DNA of 64,000 bases, from assembly GCA_013265495.1 (NCBI GenBank), contig MU058687.1, forward strand, positions 4,338,093 to 4,402,092. The letters run 5' to 3'. Shown in pieces: positions 49,341-62,200 of this stretch (position 1 is its first letter; every line of letters starts with the position of its first letter). This stretch comes from Vicugna vicugna. Lineage: Eukaryota. Below the pieces are notes generated by a model that saw only the letters and a list, made by a program, of their open reading frames with translations, had not been told where the DNA came from and searched no databases. Both the position numbers and the translations under genes were made by a program.

Positions 49341-52329
49341 CCCACTGCATTTATATTCAGAACTGAGAGACAGCACTGCTCAGCACACAAGGAGGATTAG
49401 TGTGGACTTGAGAGTAAGTGTTGGGTTCAAATCCTGCTCTTTTCCTCCTAACTAGGGGGGCTGTGGCAGTTAGCGCAACACAACTTCACAATATGCACCT
49501 TGCAAAAGTCCCAGTTTTGCTAACAGGATTAAAAACAATAGAGATATAGCAGAGTGTTGGACCTGGGGAAGAGTTTTTGTTAAGTTCGAGGTAGCAGCTT
49601 AAGTTAAAAATGTGAACCTTCCATTAAAGACAAATATCACCAGTAAATAAAACAAGTTGAATTTTGAGCAGATGAAGGACCGCTTCTGTTGTGTGCTTAT
49701 CCAGCCCCCTAGAGAGCCAGTTTGCCTATATTGTGGTGACTATAGTTTCCTTAGAGAAGATGTTCCCTGTGTGTTGAGTGGACGTGGACAGAAGGGTTAC
49801 TAGGATTAGATTATTCAAATACCAGTGATGTTCTGTCTGTTGTAATTTTAAATGTAAACAGATCCCTGATTATCAGTCTGTATAATTCAGCCAAAAACCT
49901 AAGTAAGTTTCAGAGGACCTGCTTCCTTCCCTGTAAACATCCCAGTTTTTTAAGGCAGCACTTATACAGGCTCCTAAGAGCACAGTGAAGGATTCTGGTA
50001 TCATCAGTAATTTTATGTCCTGCTTTTGGGTTTTTTCTTGGAATAGGGAGGAAATTCTGGCCAGGGCGAATCTTTGACTCTTGTCATGAATAAGACTGAG
50101 GGAATAAAACCACAGTCTTTGCAGCCTCTGTTATTATCGGAATCTCAATACACAATCTTAACTTTGTGGATTTTAACTTTTTTTTTTAATCCACTCATTT
50201 ACAGTAGTAAAATACAAACTAATTTAGCTTTCACCATGGACTGTTCACAGTAGATGGCTTTATATTCACCTCTCCTCAGTTCAGAACTCTTTGGGCCTGA
50301 GGCTCTAAGATCAGGCCAGGCCACGTTTGACACTGACCTGCTTTAACTTTGAACTTGAGGCTGGGTAGTAGAAGACCCACCTGGCCAGCCTCTTATTCCC
50401 TGGTCACTTGTGACAGGAAAAACCAGGGAACTGTGCAGCTTTTAGTTTATTATCCGGGAGGCCTAATGTGCTGATTACTGCCTGCCACGGGAAGATGGCT
50501 GCACACTGATCTCCAGTGGAGTTTAACTGAACAGGAAGCCGTGCCTCAGGAATGTGATTATATTTATTTACCCAGTGACCCTGGAGTCCTGCATAAGGGA
50601 CTCAGCTGTGAACGCTAGGAGATTAGACCAAAATCTTAATCATGGTGATTTCAATAATCAGTTCCAATGAGCAAAACGCCTTTAGCTCTTTGGAACCTCT
50701 GAAGCTGGTAGGATCTGAAGAAAGGAAGTATGATAAGTGTGACCGCTTAGTGTCTGGGAGGAAGATTGGCAGAGAGGGAATCTGAGAGATAAATTTCAGT
50801 CATCTTAGGAACTAGCACTAATGGGAATAATTATGTGGCGAATTTGCACTTTCAGATTCTAGTTGTTCCTGAGAACATGGTTCTTAAAACCCTCATGTTC
50901 AAAGGGTTTTAAGTATTTTGTTAGAATATTTAGATGATGGAGGTTTAAATTCTTTTTAAAGTGTCCTCACATGGGACTGATTTTTCTTTTTATATTCAGT
51001 TTATTAATTAGAGGGAAATATGATTTATTTACTTCTAATCCTCTGTATTCTAGAAATGTTTATATAAATAGTGTTTATTTCTAGTGACAAATGCTTGTTG
51101 CCAAGTAAGTAGTAGACCACAAATGATTAAGTAATTGCCGCCACATGGGCACACCGCTGTTTCATATATATTTACCTAATATGAACAGATTCTCTTACAG
51201 TTTCAACATCTGTCTTAACTAAAATCTGGATATATTGAATTGATGTAACATTGCTTGATATCTCCTTTGGTAAAGGATAATTTTTTCCCCAATCCTTTTA
51301 TCCGTGGAATCAGAGCACAGTTCACAATCATTGTTCAGTGATAGCTCTTCCTTTAAGGTCCACGTGCCCTGAGTGCCGGTTTCTCCCGTCCTTGCCATCA
51401 GCATCTACTGACCTTCAGGATGCGAAGGACAGTCTGAGCTGAGTTCCTTGTTCACGGCCTTCATCTCATTCCATCCCTTGCATTAACCTTGCTGACTTCA
51501 ATTTTCATGTTACGATTTTCCTACTAATAAGACTTCCGCCAAAGCCTGGCTACCTAGCAAAGAGAATTCCCTTTGCCGTTAACCACTTCCTAAGTTTTTA
51601 CCTCACCCTGACCTTCACCTCCTGACTCTGCCTTCTACTCTCCATAGTCTCAAAAGTTTCGCTTGCCTTTGCACGCCATCTGAGTTCCTAGTCAGTAATG
51701 CGAATGACACACCCACCAGTACTCTAGAGCCCTTGCCTTGCCACTTGGCCATGCCACCCGAATTGCAAGTAAATTCCTCTTCTTGGCTTCTTGGCCGCTG
51801 CCTTATGGGTAGGGAAGGTCCAGCACTTGGCAGTTGGTTCCACTGCAAATCCATATCCTCTTACTCTTAGCACTGCCCTCAGTGCATTCTTTTTTGTGGC
51901 CACCCAAGCTTTGACCCTAAATTCTGACCATTCTGTCTTCTCTCCAATGATATCCTGTCTCTAGTTTGCTAGCTAGCATTCTACCTAGTAGGAGCTGCCT
52001 CTAAGTCTTTCTACATATTTCTTCATAAACTTTGTTGTTTATGTTTAAACACTTCAAATTGCTATAGCATGGCATTTAAGACTTTCTAGGATTTTTCTTC
52101 AAACATAATTTTCCATTTCAAGTCTTCTGGGACATGCTTTCATAAACCTGAGCACCGGTGAGACTGCTCTGTTCTCCAAATGTGCCCTAAACTCTCCTTA
52201 TCTATTTGGCTCACCCTCTTTATTTTATTCATCTTTATAAGTTGAACGGGACCTTGTATTGAATGATTAGTCTTGCAGAATTTCTGTCTTTACACAACAT
52301 GCTTACCTACGTGTGATTTTTTTTCTGCT

Positions 52330-52600
52330 TTGGATCAGTGCTATGTGACTGTCTTTCCTTGTACATTGCTTAACATAGTGTCAGCTGTTGAAAAAGAGTG
52401 GTTCCCTCATTCTTTTTCCTTTCACTAATTATTTCTCCATTATGGTGCCTAGCACACAAACATTTGTTAACTATTCTGGCTCACAGTTGTGAATTTTGTA
52501 GAAAAGGTACAATGCCTTATTTATCTTTCTATTCCCAGTATTTTATAAGGAATCTGGCAGATTATAGATGCTCAGTAAATTTTTGATGAATATATGTGAA
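52330..52600 (+). mobile_element. L2 3' end fragments
   Basis: tggtgcctagcacacaaacatttgttaa and ctggcagattatagatgctcagtaaatttttgatgaat. Confidence 0.65.
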
Positions 52601-53374
52601 GCATTGGATACCAGTTAAGGGTAATAATGATAACCAAAAGCTTACTTTGGCGGTATATAATGTGGATTAAACTACTGTAACGGGCCATGCAAGGCACAAA
52701 ACTATTAATTTATAAAATATATTCATTATTAGTTGATGAATAATTTATTAACTGTTCATTTATAAATACCTCATTTACTTCTCATGTGACACATCAGGTT
52801 CAAATGGAAGTATTGACTTTTCCAAGATCCCACAGCTGATGAGTAGCCGAGTTCAAGAACGAGTAGTCCTGACTATTAGTTCTCTAGCTGGGGATCCTAG
52901 GTCAATATTTTCTAAGCAGTGTTTTGTGTAAGATCGTGTCCACTAGCTCTCATTCTCCTTGACATATATTGGCTAGAGTGAAGTAAAGGGCCGGGGACTA
53001 GAGGGCAGAGGTAATACGTTTCCATGGTGTAAAGAAGAGATAGGGTAAAAGGAAGTCTGTGTGTACTTGGAGAGGCAAGTATATCACCCTACTGCAAAAA
53101 TTACTGTTAAAGAGCAAAAGCAACTGAGTTTGTGTGCTAAGTTCCTCTCTCTCCCTTGTAAGGAAATGATTGTACTCTTATCATTGACTCCATATCTAGG
53201 TATATTCTCTACTCTTTTTATTTTACTTAAACTTCACTGAAAAGTAAACCCATCGCAAGGTAGCCTGCATAGCTAGTGTATCTAGATGTACCTTGGTTAC
53301 AAATTCCAACGTACTCCTTTCTCTTTCTTTAGAATACAGACCTGGTTCTGCTCAGACATGATGTCACATAGAAA

Positions 53375-53832
53375 GAATGAGCAAGCAAGAGCAGGAGGTA
53401 GGAAAAGTCAGGGATGGTTTGGGGAGTAGAAGGTGTGATTGGAATAGAGGGAGAGTGAAGGATAGAGAGAGGTGGTCTGGATGAGGTCTGATCATGAAGT
53501 CCTGGAGGCAGAAGGCTTTGGAGGAAGAGGACCAGTGGAAGGAAGTTTTTGAGCAAATGTGTGGTAAGGGCAAAGCTGCATCTTAGAAAGAGCCCCCTGG
53601 CAGAGCGTGAGGGCCGAGTTGAAAGAAGAGAGTGACACCCGTGTAAGTAAGATACCACATCCCTTTGCTTACAACTGAATAATCGGACCTTTGAGCAGTG
53701 TCTGATATGCAGTGGGGACTCAATGGATACTTTTTGGAGGAACTAGTGAAAGCAAGAAGGCCATTACAAGGCTCTTGTAATAGCTGGGGTAAATGGCAAA
53801 ATGGCATGACCTAGTGTTGGCAGTGAGAATTT
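53375..53832 (-). mobile_element. L2 LINE fragment
   Basis: ggaagtttttgagcaaatgtgtggtaaggg...tcttagaaagagccccctggcag...aaggccattacaag. Confidence 0.7.
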
Positions 53833-55292
53833 CAGGGTTAGCCTCCACTTGAAAAATAGACCATAAGCTACGCGGAGGCAGGAGCAACCACTTACCATAT
53901 TCAAAGAATTGATAAAGTGGCAAAGATTTAAGAAATCTACTCCATTTGTAATCTTATGAGCTTCAATCATTATTCCTTTTAGCTTTAACATTGTTTTTAT
54001 GATTACAGTTAAAGATTTCTTAAAAAGTTAAAAAAAATCTACTTTTCTTATTAAAACCTATTACTCAGTGTGTCATATTTTAGACATCCATTGGTTTAAA
54101 AACTCTTGGATCATATTTATTGTATGATTTCTAATGGAATGAACTGTTGTGGCCTCTCTGATTAAATCATAATTTTATTACCCTTGGTTGTGTATGGCTA
54201 GGAACAAGTTCATTCCAAGTTCATTTTTGCCCAGATGCTGGCAGATTTGTGGTCAAGTAAGTTCTGCTGCTGTGCCCAGGCTCCAGGCGCCACGCTGATA
54301 GAAATACCAGAGGGCTCTGACTCTTGGTCCTTCAGAGTCCTCCCCAAGAACCCTACTGCTAAACTGAAATGCTTTTAAAGCATTCGGAACTTATTTCCTG
54401 CCTCAGTTTGAAATGTTTGCAGTTTTTCCTTTTTAAAAAAGGGACACATTGGGTACATTTCGAGTGTGTAGATAAACCTCCCCTGCAACAGAAAAGTCTT
54501 TTGATAGTTTTAAAAACCTTACAGAATTGTGGTTTTTATATATATATAAAACATAGGCATGAGGTACAGCAAATGTTTTATGTTTTCCTTTTTCTTTTTT
54601 TTTTTGCACCCTTGGGTGTGAGAATTATCAAGGCGTCTGTAATGCTTACAGAGAGACTATATTCTAACAATTTTGTGCAGGCCGTGCACAATGAAATGTG
54701 GAGCTCCATCATTACATAGTTGCTTCATTCGTTGTTCCCAAGTGATTGTCTTTTCTGTCAACTGTTAGTGTTGAAGAGAACCCTCAAAGTGTGATGTTGG
54801 GTAGAATTCAGCCATGTTACGTGCCTGGGATTGTATCTCAAAAAGAAAAAAGAAGTCTTGGATTTTTTTTTTTTAAAGGACAACAGAAAACAAAACAATT
54901 GTCCTGATGATAGGATTAAGTGGGAAAAACTGATAAATGATGGTCATATACCACCCCTGAGAAGACGGGTGCAAGGTCAGGGGCTATTTGCCTGTGTCTT
55001 AATCCTATGATTTTCTGGTTCTTTGGCTTAGAAAGTTTAGGCTCTGTCAAGGAACTAAAGCAGGACAACCCAAGGTTACTCAGATTCTCTGTGATTTTAT
55101 TTTACCTTTTGAGAAGTAAACCCTGCCACTGTTTTGCGAATTGTTTAGTATTCAGTATTTTGAGGGCTCAAGATGGAAACTGTCTGCCTTTGAGAAATTA
55201 GAAATTTATTCCTAAGAATGAACACTGTTGCATCTTGTCACCTAAAACTAATTTAGCTGAAAAGCAGCAGCATGGGGTCTTTTTAAAAAGCC

Positions 55293-55530
55293 CAATTTAA
55301 TTTTAAAACTATGAAAAATTTCAAGCATATGGAAAATACAGAAAATATTCAACACCCTTGGACCCACCATCCTTATTAAAAAGTGTTCGTTTTTTGCCAT
55401 AATTGCTGAAGATTGTAATTTACTACTGAACACATGCAAATAATATTTATAATATGTTAATGTGTGTAAAGTACAAAAATAGCAAAACAAATGCTTACGC
55501 ACCTACCACCCAACTTAAGAAGTATAGATT
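55293..55530 (-). mobile_element. Ancient L1M 3' end fragments
   Basis: ctatgaaaaatttcaagcatatggaaaatacagaaaa and acctaccacccaacttaagaagtataga. Confidence 0.6.
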
Positions 55531-56731
55531 CCTTGTCTTAAAAAAAATGTATGATTACTGTGAGTTTGCCAATGCAAGCTTCCTTGTTCCCCCAAAAATG
55601 ATGTACAAAAGGAAACTTCTGGGGTGTAGATTCTGATGTCTTCATTGAATCAGATAATTTGCCTGTTGCTCTTCTAATTAGGTGGTATGAGGAATGAGGT
55701 TTGCTAGAAAGAGATTTGAGGACCTAACCATTACTGTGCTGTCCTATTTTGGTCCCTCCGTTCCCTCATTAGTCCTCCCAGCTTATTCCTAGGCAAGCGC
55801 TCTTCTCTATATGTGTTAAAACAACTTATTAAGTGTGAACGTTTTAAGTGCTTATCAAGTGTTGGTTCGTACTGGTTCTTCATAAGACTAAGCGGAAAAT
55901 CATCAATATCTGAAATATCTTAGTGATATTGGTTTTGAGAGCCACGTGAACAGAAAAAAAAATAGATTCCAGAAAAAAGAAATGGTAATCTCACGTGGAG
56001 GTCTGGATTGAAAACATAGCCAAAGGAATATCCGAAAGAAGAGATTCTTTTTTCGGTTCTCTTTACTGCAAGTCTGTGCACCAGGCTGAATTCATTTACC
56101 ACTTCTGCCAGTGGTTCAGAGTCAGCGTGATGCTAAACCCCAGGGACTCCTTACTTCCATGCACGATTAAGTCCAGTTGTCAGGTTTGGACAGGAGAGAG
56201 CCCTCCTGTTCCTCAAGGAGGCTGTAAGGAGGTGCTTTGTGGGGGAGGTTACTCCTTTTCCAGAGCAGAGAGCAAGGATCATCCATCATGATCAGATGGG
56301 AGTATTTCGTATCATCCGTCTCCAGTGCAGATAGTGGTAAGAAGTCTGTCCTTTTCCCCATCTGTTTTTTTATCACTCTGATTGCAATTCATCTTTTAAG
56401 CAGAAAGGGTAGTTTGAGGTTATTAGAAAACACACACATACAATAAGAATTACTTGTTCTCTACTGCTCTTTTTCTTCTCCATGAATAATTTCTGCAGAC
56501 AGGTGACCAGTCCAGCCATCTGTCTCTTTGTTATAAATGCCTGTGGTTGGCTCACTCCCTTCTGCCTTGAAGTTAAATGAAGGCTTCTTTTGCAAGAGAA
56601 TAGAAAATCCAGCAAATAAGATGAGACTACAGAATATTCCTGTGTTGTCACCTTTTCTTTTGAGGAATATGAGGAATGACTCTTTTTTCCTCCAATTCAA
56701 ATACACTGATTCCTAAAAGGTTCTGATACAA

Positions 56732-56776
56732 ATATATATATATATATATCGATTGATCAATCGATCTATCGATATA
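56732..56776. repeat. (TA)n microsatellite grading into degenerate GATC/ATCG tetramers with an 18-bp perfect palindrome
   Basis: atatatatatatatatATCGATTGATCAATCGATctatcgatata read directly. Confidence 0.85.
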
Positions 56777-57319
56777 AAAACTATTCTCAGTATTGGACAA
56801 TTTGGAAAACACAGAGGGGACCTTCAGAATGTACAATATCAGTTCCTTCTATCCTTCATTTAGCTTGATCTATTTAAATGTTTTATTTTTAGCCTATGCT
56901 GTAGTAGAATGCATGATTGGTTTAAGGTGGTCTCTAAATCCAATTAGGGAAAATGAAATTTAGGAAAAGAACACTGGCTGTGGATTTGTGCATGATGGCT
57001 CAGGAGTACTATTGTCCACGAAACCAATCAACCAACCAACATTTGGTTCATGTCTGCACATCACACATGACGTCAACAGGGGCTTATCTAATACCCATTG
57101 AAGTATAATTCATCCCTGGGTTTATAACAAAATCCTGAAAGTGGTTTGTTGACATATGTTAGGTAACTGCTTTGAAGAATTACATAGTCCAAAAAGGGAT
57201 AGCATATTCACTTCAGTGAAATTCCACTTCCTGGATTGTGTTTTGCATCATTGAAACAATTAGGTAGAAATTAGAGAGAATAAGCTAAATTGAATAATAA
57301 AACTTAAAAAAAAATTTGT

Positions 57320-57570
57320 GGAATGCTTCCTAATTTTAGATGTAATGTGAGGTTATTTATATCCTCTTGGCTGATTTTTATAACAATCTTTCAAGTAGAT
57401 ATTACTGCCTGAGAAAGTAGATACTATTACTGCTCCCAGGTATAGCAGTGAAGAAGACTGAGAGGGAAGAACTGAGATGTCTGGTCCACAAGCCACAAAG
57501 CTAGGAAGTAGGAAGTTGGGATTTAAATCCAGGTTTGTCTGTTAGGAGCTCATGCTCTTAACCCCTCTAC
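57320..57570 (-). mobile_element. MIR SINE
   Basis: gtagatactattactgctccc...gaagactgag...gttgggatttaaatccaggtttgtctg...catgctcttaacc. Confidence 0.75.
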
Positions 57571-57977
57571 CGTATTGTCTTTCCATATGCTGTGACACAA
57601 AATAGAATTTTGACCTGACCACCTTCCCAGAGAGGGCTCAATGTCCAGAGAAGATAAAGGTGGCCAAGAACTCTGGTGGTGGTGATGCAGGTTGCTATAA
57701 GAGGATACTTGGCAAACCGCATCGCACACAGATGGTGTGCAACCCACTCATCTCTATTTACGTAGAGGCCCCCGAGTGTTTGTCTTAACAGGTCTGGGGG
57801 ATAATAAAAGAAATTGTTGTTTGTTCTTTCTTTGCAAGTCTGCAATTAATTTTTAGCATAAATTTAAAAGGGAAGAATTTGTAAATTCACCGACACTGAG
57901 AGACTGGCCATCCAAGAAAACATGTGTCTGTTGGGTTTCAAAAGGAGGTCTTGTGCAAAAGTGGTTGTTTTTCATTT

Positions 57978-57996
57978 TTCCCACTAGGTGGTGCTG
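57978..57996 (+). promoter_or_regulatory. CTCF core motif
   Basis: ttcCCACTAGGTGGTGCTg matches the consensus with the common C>T variant. Confidence 0.6.
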
Positions 57997-58769
57997 TGGT
58001 CTTGTAGGTCAAATTTAATAAGCTAAGCCTGGATTCTCTCCCCCCCCCCACCTTTTAGATATTGGTCCAGGAAAAAGCCCCATTCAAGGAGGATTAAGGG
58101 AACTGTTGCCAGTTAGGTTTGTTCAGTTTGGGTTTTTTCCATCATTATCACTGTTTATAACCAAGATCATTAAACCTCTTTGAAAATTTTGGACACTCCT
58201 TTTTTGACTTCTTTTGCAATAAATTGTACTCACTCATTTTGGGTAAGAACATCAATAGTTGGAACTAGCTCAGTTATCTCATCAGCATATTATCTCAACA
58301 GGCTGCACTTGTAATGAGCCTTTCCTCCTGCAAAGTGGAGCACGTCATGATAAGTGACTGAAACTGTGCCCAACTGAGTTTGTCACTTGAGTGTCCCTAT
58401 ATAAAAGCATACTGGTTACTGACATTGCTCTGGGATGTACACACAGCCCCACATGGGATGTTCTTCCTTACACTTTAATATCAGTGGAGACAAAAAGGGA
58501 CAATGATTTAAACATTGATCAAATGATCAAAGAGGATTGAGGTGGGAAGGAAGCAGTTGAATAGGCGAAATAAACAGCGTTAGTCCAAATCCAACAGGAC
58601 TAATCATTCTACCTGTATACACTGAATTCACTCATTTCCATTACCATGCCAGGACTTTACTTGTTGAAGCATTCCTCCTATCAGGGAGTAATTTTCCAGG
58701 CTAATAAGACCAGACTATTAGATGGTAGTTGATGAAACAAACAGAAAAGTTCAATAAATGGCTTGGCTG

Positions 58770-59400
58770 GGAAATAATCTTTATTGATCTACTCACTTCT
58801 GTACCAAAAGAGGGGCTAGGCACTGAGGACACTGAAAGTATGCTCCGTCCCTTCAGGGGCCTAAAGTCCACGAGGAAGGTAAAGAGATGACTGAACAGCA
58901 GTGTGTTCAGTGACTGGTGGCCTCATGCACAGGTTACCAGTAGCAAGTCGGGTGGCCTGGAAGAACACTGAAGGGCCTTCTAATTACGGTGGTATGGCTA
59001 GGAAGATACAAGCAAGCTGCATCTGGAAAGATGACCAGACTGTCAAGAGAAGAAAGGAGAGACGTAGGCAAAGGGAGGGGGATGTATAAAAGCTTGAGAC
59101 CCTCAATGAGTGTGGGGAGTATGGTAGCATGGAGCATAATGATGTTCACTGAGGACATGGGTGGGGCCAGAATTAGGGAGACTTGGAGTACTCAGGTGAG
59201 TGTGAGCTATTTTTCAAAAGCTATAGGAGAACCTTTGAAGATTTTGTGCTCCCCAGGGAACCCTGTAAGAAGGGTGAGTCATTCATCCCCATTTTCCAGA
59301 AGTCACAAGAGGATCCAGAGAGCAGGTGAGTTGCCCCAGGTGGCCACCTGGATTCAGAGTCAGTGTGCAGACTGACCATCTATCGTGGTCTTTCCTCCGT
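58770..59400 (-). mobile_element. L2 LINE followed by a MIR fragment
   Basis: ctttattgatctactcacttctgtacc...ctaggcactgaggacac (L2) and catccccattttccaga...ggtgagttgccccaggtggccac (MIR). Confidence 0.7.
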
Positions 59401-60437
59401 GGAAATTTGGATCTTGACTCTTTTTCTCAAGCTTGTCATACTACTGAAGAAGTGATTATGCAAGAGCTGATGAGCTCCTTTGTTTAATTATTTGATGATT
59501 GCTTGCTATTTTCAACACTTTATTTTTCCTCACACTGCAGACGGAAAGGCCTTGGAATGGTTTAACTGTGATCATACTCATTTAACCTTTGGTAAGCATA
59601 TTTCCGTCAGCATTTTCAAGCAGAAATTCACAGTGATGTTTTTGACACTGATTCTGGTCCTGCATTCTCTTCCTGTCTTGCTGTGTTTGAAGGTGATGGG
59701 GAAACCCAGTGTGTACGTGCAGGTATGGTGGGGTTGGGGGAGAGGTGGCTGCAGTGATAAGATTTAGCTCAGAGATATTTCAGCTTTGCCTGTATGAAAT
59801 TCACCTAATAGAAACATGTATAGTCAAATTTCCAGCAAGTCAGTAAGTGTTCCTCAATTGTTTTAAAGCCTACCAATGCTTGTGAATTCTCCCCAAATTA
59901 AAATGTTATTTTCAAGGAGGTTAAAAAAAAAAAACTTACTGCATGAGTATGATACTAGCTTGCCAGTAACTCCTTGGATGATAACCATTGTGAGTTTATA
60001 CTTTTCTTGATTTTTTCTCTTCCAGTTTTCTTTGCTTGGTTGGAGTGGCAGGATTTACAGCAGACCAGTTTTTGCCTAATTCTGTGTAGACCAAAGCCAC
60101 TTATGCAATGTTAGTATTCAGCATCTGCTGAAACAAAACCAAAATCCCAGTAATAGCCCAATGCTATTAGCCCAGTGGGTAGGCAGTGCTCTCAAAAGGA
60201 TTATTAACTTCTACAGAAGCTTTTGTTCTTGAAGTGCTGAATGCATTTCTGTACAAGTTTGGTTTTGCCAACCACCTTGTTGACTATGAAATGCTAAGTC
60301 AGGTTCTTCATTAAACTGTTTTCCCCTTAGTAGTTCAGTATTTAGAAAATTTACCAATATTTCCAAATAGGTAAATGAAAATCCCTTAAGTAACCACGTC
60401 ACATGACATGTTTCTAAAGTGGATAATCATTTAAATG

Positions 60438-60612
60438 TATTCATTCATAAATATTGTTTTTATTGGTATACAAAGCAAAACGTAAGATTCATTAATTAGT
60501 TTGTTCGCCAACTAGTAATAAAATTCCTGCTGTGGAGCAGATACTGTATTTGGCACCAGAGATAAAATGGGAAACAAGACAAAAAAATCTTTGCCCTTAT
60601 GAAGTTTACAAC
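60438..60612 (-). mobile_element. L2 3' end fragment
   Basis: tattcattcataaatatt...ggcaccagagataaaatgggaaacaagac...ctttgcccttatgaagtttaca. Confidence 0.65.
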
Positions 60613-61971
60613 ACCTACATCATATTCATATGTCATTGAATCACAAGTTCCTCTCCAAGACCTGCTACGAAAACCCATTTGGTCAGAATCAGTGATGTCG
60701 GCACCATCATCCTCTAAAGTGAGCCGAGAAGGGAAAATCTCCATCTGGAGAGGGGCTGCTGGACCTCTCTGTCTCCGAGAATCCCTTTCTCTACCACTGT
60801 TCCCACATCAGCTGCTTGAAGCACCGCCCCGCCCTGCCCCTCCTCTGACCCAGGTGTGAGCAATAGATAACTCACCTCAATTCTGCAAACCACAGCTGAG
60901 CCAGGCGCTGTGTTTAAGACGCCTCTGATAGACTTGGAATCATGGAGGGGCAGGCAGACTGACTACTAGCATGGGTGCTTGGAGAGCGCCCATGGGCCTT
61001 GGTCACCCCTCATGGGCTCCCTGCAGGGCTTCCTCCCAGTCAGAGGCTACCTTTCTCTTAAGATCCTTACATGTGACTAGAATTCTGAACCCAAAGCAAA
61101 GAGAAGCCTGAAAAAAATTTCCCTGTCTTCATTCGAAGGCTTACTTCCTCTGTCTCTAATTTCAGTCTCAAAGTCCAGCTCATCCCAAGATGATTGGTAC
61201 TTGGGCTCATGACCCAGAGGAGAGGCTCAGCGTTCTCCCTGAAGGCGTGTGGCCTTGCCGCCCACTGCCAGCGGCGGAGGCGCATTTAAGCGCAGCGGTC
61301 CAACACGCTTGGGTGACGTCTTCCAGGAGACAGTGTTCGTTACGGTTCTCTTGGGTTCTCTGGGCAGGATGAGTTCTCTCCAGCCTCATTCCTGGCTTCT
61401 CTAGTGTGGATGGTTGCTCTGTCCTCAAAATCCCATTGTCTTCTACTCCTTCTTAAAGGGCACCCCCCAGCAGCTCCTCAGTCTCTAGGACCAGGTCTGA
61501 AAGGGAGGTTTTATTTGGCTGCCAGTGGATTTCCAAAGCAAGTGTCTTTCTCCTTCTCACTTCACCCATGTCCCCTTGTGCCCGTTCTCTACTCTTTGAA
61601 GATACAGAAGCCTGGCTAACACAGCGGCCACAAGCCAAGGGAGCTCGCTGTGATGTGGCAGGAGCTGACTCTAAGCAGCTTTGTACACTGGGGAGGAAAT
61701 CTCTGTGTCATTACACACCCCAGACCTCGTACTCCACAGGGGTTCACGTCTCTGTTGCATACCTGGAGCATCCGTGTCCACACTGCTGGCTCATGTCTGT
61801 TCCTGTTTTGGTTTAAAGAGTCCCATCTCCCTAAAACTGGCCTTGGGTCCCAGGTCCTTTTTGCAGTGACACAGGATCTCCAGGCTCAAAAGTCCTGTGT
61901 AAGGGAAATCTTTTTAGATTGGGGAAACTATTTATAATAGACAGCTAGTGCAGGTGCCTACAAATTTAAAA

Positions 61972-62200
61972 TAAATTCAACAAATATTTTTGTCCATCTA
62001 CTTTATACCAAGAGTGTGCAGATGCAGTGAAGTAACAGGCACCGTGTCAGCTCTTGTGGAGCCTGAAATTGGGTGAACACAGGCATTAAAGAAGTAACTA
62101 CAAGAGTGTTGAATGCTAGAAAAGGCGAGATTCAAGGTACTAGAGGTGCAAACAGCAGAAGGCTTTAACCTAATCTGGAGGGTTTAAGAAGTTTTTGTTT
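61972..62200 (-). mobile_element. L2 3' end fragment
   Basis: attcaacaaatatttttgtccatctactttatacca...cagctcttgtggagcctgaaatt. Confidence 0.75.
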
